A stretch of 63,124 nt of DNA, the filler included. It is 3 parts of 3 records of this genome, joined end to end, with 100 filler letters (N's around TTAATTAATTAA, not from the genome) between each part and the next. Parts side by side here need not be neighbours in the genome. Positions count along the whole stretch, not along the records: positions 31,955 to 63,124 come from SRR31156797_5340; 2 more parts are not named here. One strand, 5' to 3'. The notes under the pieces were generated by a model. It was not told the origin of the DNA, made no database searches, and saw nothing but the letters and a program-made list of their open reading frames with translations. Made by a program: the position numbers and the translations under genes. Shown here in pieces: positions 59,565 through 63,124 of this stretch (within the stretch, counting starts at the first letter, position 1; each line of letters starts with the position of its first letter).

Positions 59565-60557
59565 ATGATGAAAAATTATTTACTCCTCTCCTTGATTGCT
59601 TCCATCGTATTAATGTTCTCTGCATGTGAAACTGATGTTGACGTAAACGCCGAATGGGAAGAAATTACTGTGGTTTACGGGTTGCTGAGCCAAAATGACC
59701 AGGAACATTATTTCAGGATTAACAAAGCTTTCCTCGGTGGCAATGCACTTGAAGTTGCCCAAATCGAGGATTCGTCGAGTTATAATGGAGCGCTACAGGT
59801 TACCCTGCAGGGGTTGAATCTATCAAATGAGGTGGTGCAAACCATTCCCTTCGATACCACAACAATTTCCAATAAAGATACCGGCATGTTTTATAATCCA
59901 TACATGTTGATATATCAGGGAACCGGCGAACTTAATCCGGATCTGCTTTACAAGCTCAATATTAAGAATACGGTGTCAGGAAAGGAAGTTACAGCCTCAA
60001 CACGCCTCATCGAAAATTTCAATATTTCGCAACCACCATCCGGTGGGAAAGCTACCTTCAGACGTGATTTCACTACTTTATTCAAGTGGGGAAATGCCAT
60101 GAATGCAAAACGATACGAACCTGCTATCAGGTTTCATTATTACGAGGTTGCCAGCGGCACAACAGACACGGTGGCAAAATATGTTGATTGGGCACTGCCA
60201 ACGCAAACCGCAGACGACCTCAGTGGAGACGGCTCTCAGGAAATAGATGTCAGCAACAACGGTTTTTACGATTTTATTGCCAACAGCGTAAAGCCGGCAG
60301 ATTTTTTTGGTAACAGACTATGTGGTAAGGTTGATTTTATTGTTACTGCAGGTGGCGAGGAATACGATACTTATCTCAGGGTGAATGGCCCTTCGAACAG
60401 CCTGGTACAGGATCGTCCGGAATACACCAACATCGATAATGGTTTTGGGTTGATGTCAAGTCGTTTTAACACATCCAAAAATCGCCGGCTGCATCCCGAT
60501 TGTGAAGACGAGATTATACTTCTCGACATTGGATTCGTAACCAACCCGGAGTTGTAG
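59565..60557 (+). CDS. DUF4249-like outer-membrane lipoprotein
   Basis: Lipobox MFSAC-ETD, VVYGLL, C-terminal YTNIDNGFGL. Confidence 0.72.
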   Translation: MMKNYLLLSLIASIVLMFSACETDVDVNAEWEEITVVYGLLSQNDQEHYFRINKAFLGGNALEVAQIEDSSSYNGALQVTLQGLNLSNEVVQTIPFDTTTISNKDTGMFYNPYMLIYQGTGELNPDLLYKLNIKNTVSGKEVTASTRLIENFNISQPPSGGKATFRRDFTTLFKWGNAMNAKRYEPAIRFHYYEVASGTTDTVAKYVDWALPTQTADDLSGDGSQEIDVSNNGFYDFIANSVKPADFFGNRLCGKVDFIVTAGGEEYDTYLRVNGPSNSLVQDRPEYTNIDNGFGLMSSRFNTSKNRRLHPDCEDEIILLDIGFVTNPEL

Positions 60558-60623
60558 TTCCTTGTGATGCTGAACACACAGCAAGTTTCTCAGATTATTC
60601 GTCCTCCTTCGCTTTGCACAAAG

Positions 60624-60740
60624 CTCTATGCGCTCCGCTTTTTCAACCTTCCAATTCCCCCAATACTCCATTAAACCATCACTCCAATCCCCCAACATTC
60701 AACTTTCCTGCGCTCTGTGCTAACCTCTATGCGCTCCGCT
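60624..60740 (+). repeat. 16-bp direct repeats flanking an 8-bp tandem array
   Basis: CTCTATGCGCTCCGCT at 60624 and 60725. Between them (60651-60699): ccaattcc/ccaatact/ccattaaa/ccatcact/ccaatccc/ccaacatt. Confidence 0.7.
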
Positions 60741-60925
60741 ACCCAATCACACTTTTCAACCACGCTCCAATCTCATAACGCGCCTGAGTCCCTTTATTTA
60801 TTTCCCTTTTAAATTACATATGTAAACCACTTATTTTTAAAATGATAAGTTTATGAGGCCTTGACTTTTTGAAAAGCTACAGGCTAATTCCTTAATATTG
60901 TATTCGTTAAACAAATTATAGGATC

Positions 60926-63013
60926 ATGACAAACCAGATTATTTTCATCATTGTATTTGTACTTACAGCAGGCGTATTTTCATTTACAGCCTCAAAAATT
61001 GCTGCATATTTCAGGCTCACCAGGCCATTCCCGATTGGCGATATTCCAAAAAGAATCGGCATCATGCTGAAGGTGGCCATTGGACAGACCAAGATTTTCA
61101 GACTACCGGTTGTAGGGTTGGCGCACGCCCTGGTTTTTTGGGGTTTTATGATTGTTGCTTTCGGCAGCATCGAAATGATCATTGACGGGTTGTTTGGGAT
61201 CGAGAAATCACTGGCATTCCTGGGCGGATTTTATGATTTTATGATGGCCATTGGCGATGTGTTTGCATTGCTGGTTGCCATTTCAATTGTAGCATTCCTC
61301 ATCCGCAGGTTGCTGATGCATGTGAAGCGCTTTTATGGTGTTGAAATGAAAAAGGTGTCGAAAGTGGATGCCAACCTGGCGCTGACTGCCATCCTGTTTT
61401 TGATGGTAACCCTGCTTGGCATGAATACCTATTACCTGGTACTGAACCCCAACGATGCCGAAGGAATTTACCCGGTGAGTTCCTGGTTGATGAGCAACTT
61501 TATTAATGTGCATACCATGGATTTTCAGACCGCACATTTTTGGTTCGAATTTAACTGGTGGGCGCATATTGTCACCATTTTTGTCTTTGCCAACGCACTG
61601 CCTTACTCCAAACATTTCCACGTGTTTATGTCGGTGCCCAATGTATTCCTGAGCCGCCTGCATGAACTCGGCAAACTCGACAACATGGAAAGCGTGACCA
61701 AAGAGGTAAAGCTGATGATGGATCCTGACGCTGCCTTTGCTGAACCCGCCGAAGGTGAAGAAGAAGCCATGGAGCGCTTTGGCGTGAAGGATGTGGAAGA
61801 CATCACCTGGAAAAATTATCTCGATTCTCTTTCATGTACCGAGTGCGGAAGGTGTACTTCTGTATGTCCTGCCAATATCACCGGCAAATTGCTTTCGCCA
61901 AGAAAAATCATGATGGACACCCGCGCACGCATGAAGGAAAAAGGGCCATTCATGGTCAAGGAAGGGCTGGATTATTCCGATGAAAAATCGCTGGTAAAAA
62001 ATTATATTACCGAGGAGGAACTCTGGGCCTGTACTACGTGTAATGCCTGCGCACAGGAATGCCCCATCAATATGAACCATCCATCGCTTATCGTGGATAT
62101 GCGCCGCTACCTGTTTATGGAAGAATCTGCCGCTCCCGGCGAATTGAACAACATGTTCAGCAATGTGGAAAACAACGGCGCTCCCTGGCAATACCCACCC
62201 GAAGACCGTCTGAAGTGGGCCGAAGAAGCTGAAATAGAACTGCCCGTAATGGCCGATGTATTTGCACAGGGTAAAAAGCCTGAATACCTTTTCTGGGTTG
62301 GATCGTCTGGCGCTTATGATGACCGTTATAAAAAAGTTTCACGCGAGTTTGCCAAAATCCTCAACTACCTCAACATCGATTATGCGGTGCTTGGTGAAGA
62401 AGAGATTGATACCGGCGATTCCGCCCGCCGTGCCGGAAACGAGATGCTCTACCAGATGCAAACCCTGCAGATCATCGAGACGTTCAGGATGTACGGGGTG
62501 AAGAAGATCATCACCTGCTGCCCGCATGATTTTAACACCTTCAAAAATGAATACCCCGATTTTGACGGCAACTATGAAGTGCTGCACCACTCGCAGTTCC
62601 TGCAAAAGCTCATTGCCGACGGAACGATTAAAATGGATTCGGATAAGTTTTCCGGTAAAAAAGTAACTTTCCACGATCCCTGCTACCTGGGCCGCGGCAA
62701 CAGCGAATATGATGCCCCACGCGATGTACTGGACGCCATCCGTTGCAACCAGGTAGAAATGAAGCGCAGTAAAAGCTTTGCCTTGTGTTGCGGCGCCGGT
62801 GGCGGACAAATGTTTAAGGAAGCCGAAAAAGGCGACAAAGAAGTTTTCATCGAGCGCATTGAAGATGCCCTGGAAGTGGGTGCCGACATTGTAGCCACCG
62901 CCTGCCCGTTCTGTATGGTAATGATGACCGACGGCATCAAATACAAAAACCAGGAAGAAAACATGCAGAACTATGACATTGCCGAGATGGTGAGCATGGG
63001 GTTGGGGTTGTAA
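60926..63013 (+). CDS. Membrane Fe-S oxidoreductase, FadF/HdrD-like (putative ETF:menaquinone oxidoreductase)
   Basis: N-terminal TM domain with His residues (AHALVFWGF, WAH, PYSKHFH), CTECGRCTSVCP, CTTCNACAQECP, CCPH, HDPCYLGR, CCGAGGG, ACPFC. Confidence 0.85.
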   Translation: MTNQIIFIIVFVLTAGVFSFTASKIAAYFRLTRPFPIGDIPKRIGIMLKVAIGQTKIFRLPVVGLAHALVFWGFMIVAFGSIEMIIDGLFGIEKSLAFLGGFYDFMMAIGDVFALLVAISIVAFLIRRLLMHVKRFYGVEMKKVSKVDANLALTAILFLMVTLLGMNTYYLVLNPNDAEGIYPVSSWLMSNFINVHTMDFQTAHFWFEFNWWAHIVTIFVFANALPYSKHFHVFMSVPNVFLSRLHELGKLDNMESVTKEVKLMMDPDAAFAEPAEGEEEAMERFGVKDVEDITWKNYLDSLSCTECGRCTSVCPANITGKLLSPRKIMMDTRARMKEKGPFMVKEGLDYSDEKSLVKNYITEEELWACTTCNACAQECPINMNHPSLIVDMRRYLFMEESAAPGELNNMFSNVENNGAPWQYPPEDRLKWAEEAEIELPVMADVFAQGKKPEYLFWVGSSGAYDDRYKKVSREFAKILNYLNIDYAVLGEEEIDTGDSARRAGNEMLYQMQTLQIIETFRMYGVKKIITCCPHDFNTFKNEYPDFDGNYEVLHHSQFLQKLIADGTIKMDSDKFSGKKVTFHDPCYLGRGNSEYDAPRDVLDAIRCNQVEMKRSKSFALCCGAGGGQMFKEAEKGDKEVFIERIEDALEVGADIVATACPFCMVMMTDGIKYKNQEENMQNYDIAEMVSMGLGL

Positions 63014-63124
63014 ACTCAAAAAATGCTACAGATAATTGTTGGTTTACTGAGGATTAGCTGATACAGTAAACCGACAATGTGTCGGGTTATAAACGTGTTG
63101 AACTAAACCGCCCCCTTTCGGAGG

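Noticed and set aside
3170-63013. Functional link between dgcB/etfAB (contig 1) and the FadF-like/etfBA genes (contig 3)
   Set aside because: Same protein families but on different contigs from different phyla, so the co-occurrence is coincidental.

Overview
The window is not one locus. It is three contigs joined by two artificial 100-bp linkers (44 N + TTAATTAATTAA + 44 N) at 12994-13093 and 31855-31954. Contig 1 (1-12993) looks gammaproteobacterial and Vibrio-like. It is a minus-strand glycine-betaine/dimethylglycine catabolic cluster: purU, sdaA/B, gbdR, dipeptidase-like gene, V4R gene, dgcAB, etfAB and a BCCT transporter. It has a visible sigma54/NtrC-type promoter for gbdR and a shared GbdR-type box at two promoters. 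Contig 2 (13094-31854) is AT-rich and Bacteroidales-like. Besides housekeeping genes (pcrA, murA, meaB, mscS) it carries the most interesting locus: an FNR-like regulator with a perfect FNR box, divergent from an operon for an octaheme Otr-type cytochrome c, a cytochrome b, three exported rhodaneses and an OprO/P-like porin. SoxY-like Gly-rich Cys motifs occur on one rhodanese and on the porin, so this is a candidate trans-envelope sulfur relay or sulfur-respiration system. Contig 3 (31955-63124) is also Bacteroidales-like but appears GC-richer. It has three tandem multi-PAS kinases, T9SS cargo proteins, acyl-CoA dehydrogenase-etfB-etfA interrupted by a repeat-flanked four-helix-bundle gene, ptb-buk, panB, an RluA-family gene and a FadF-like Fe-S oxidoreductase. 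I saw no rRNA, tRNA, CRISPR array or transposase. All calls come from reading motifs; no database search was run.
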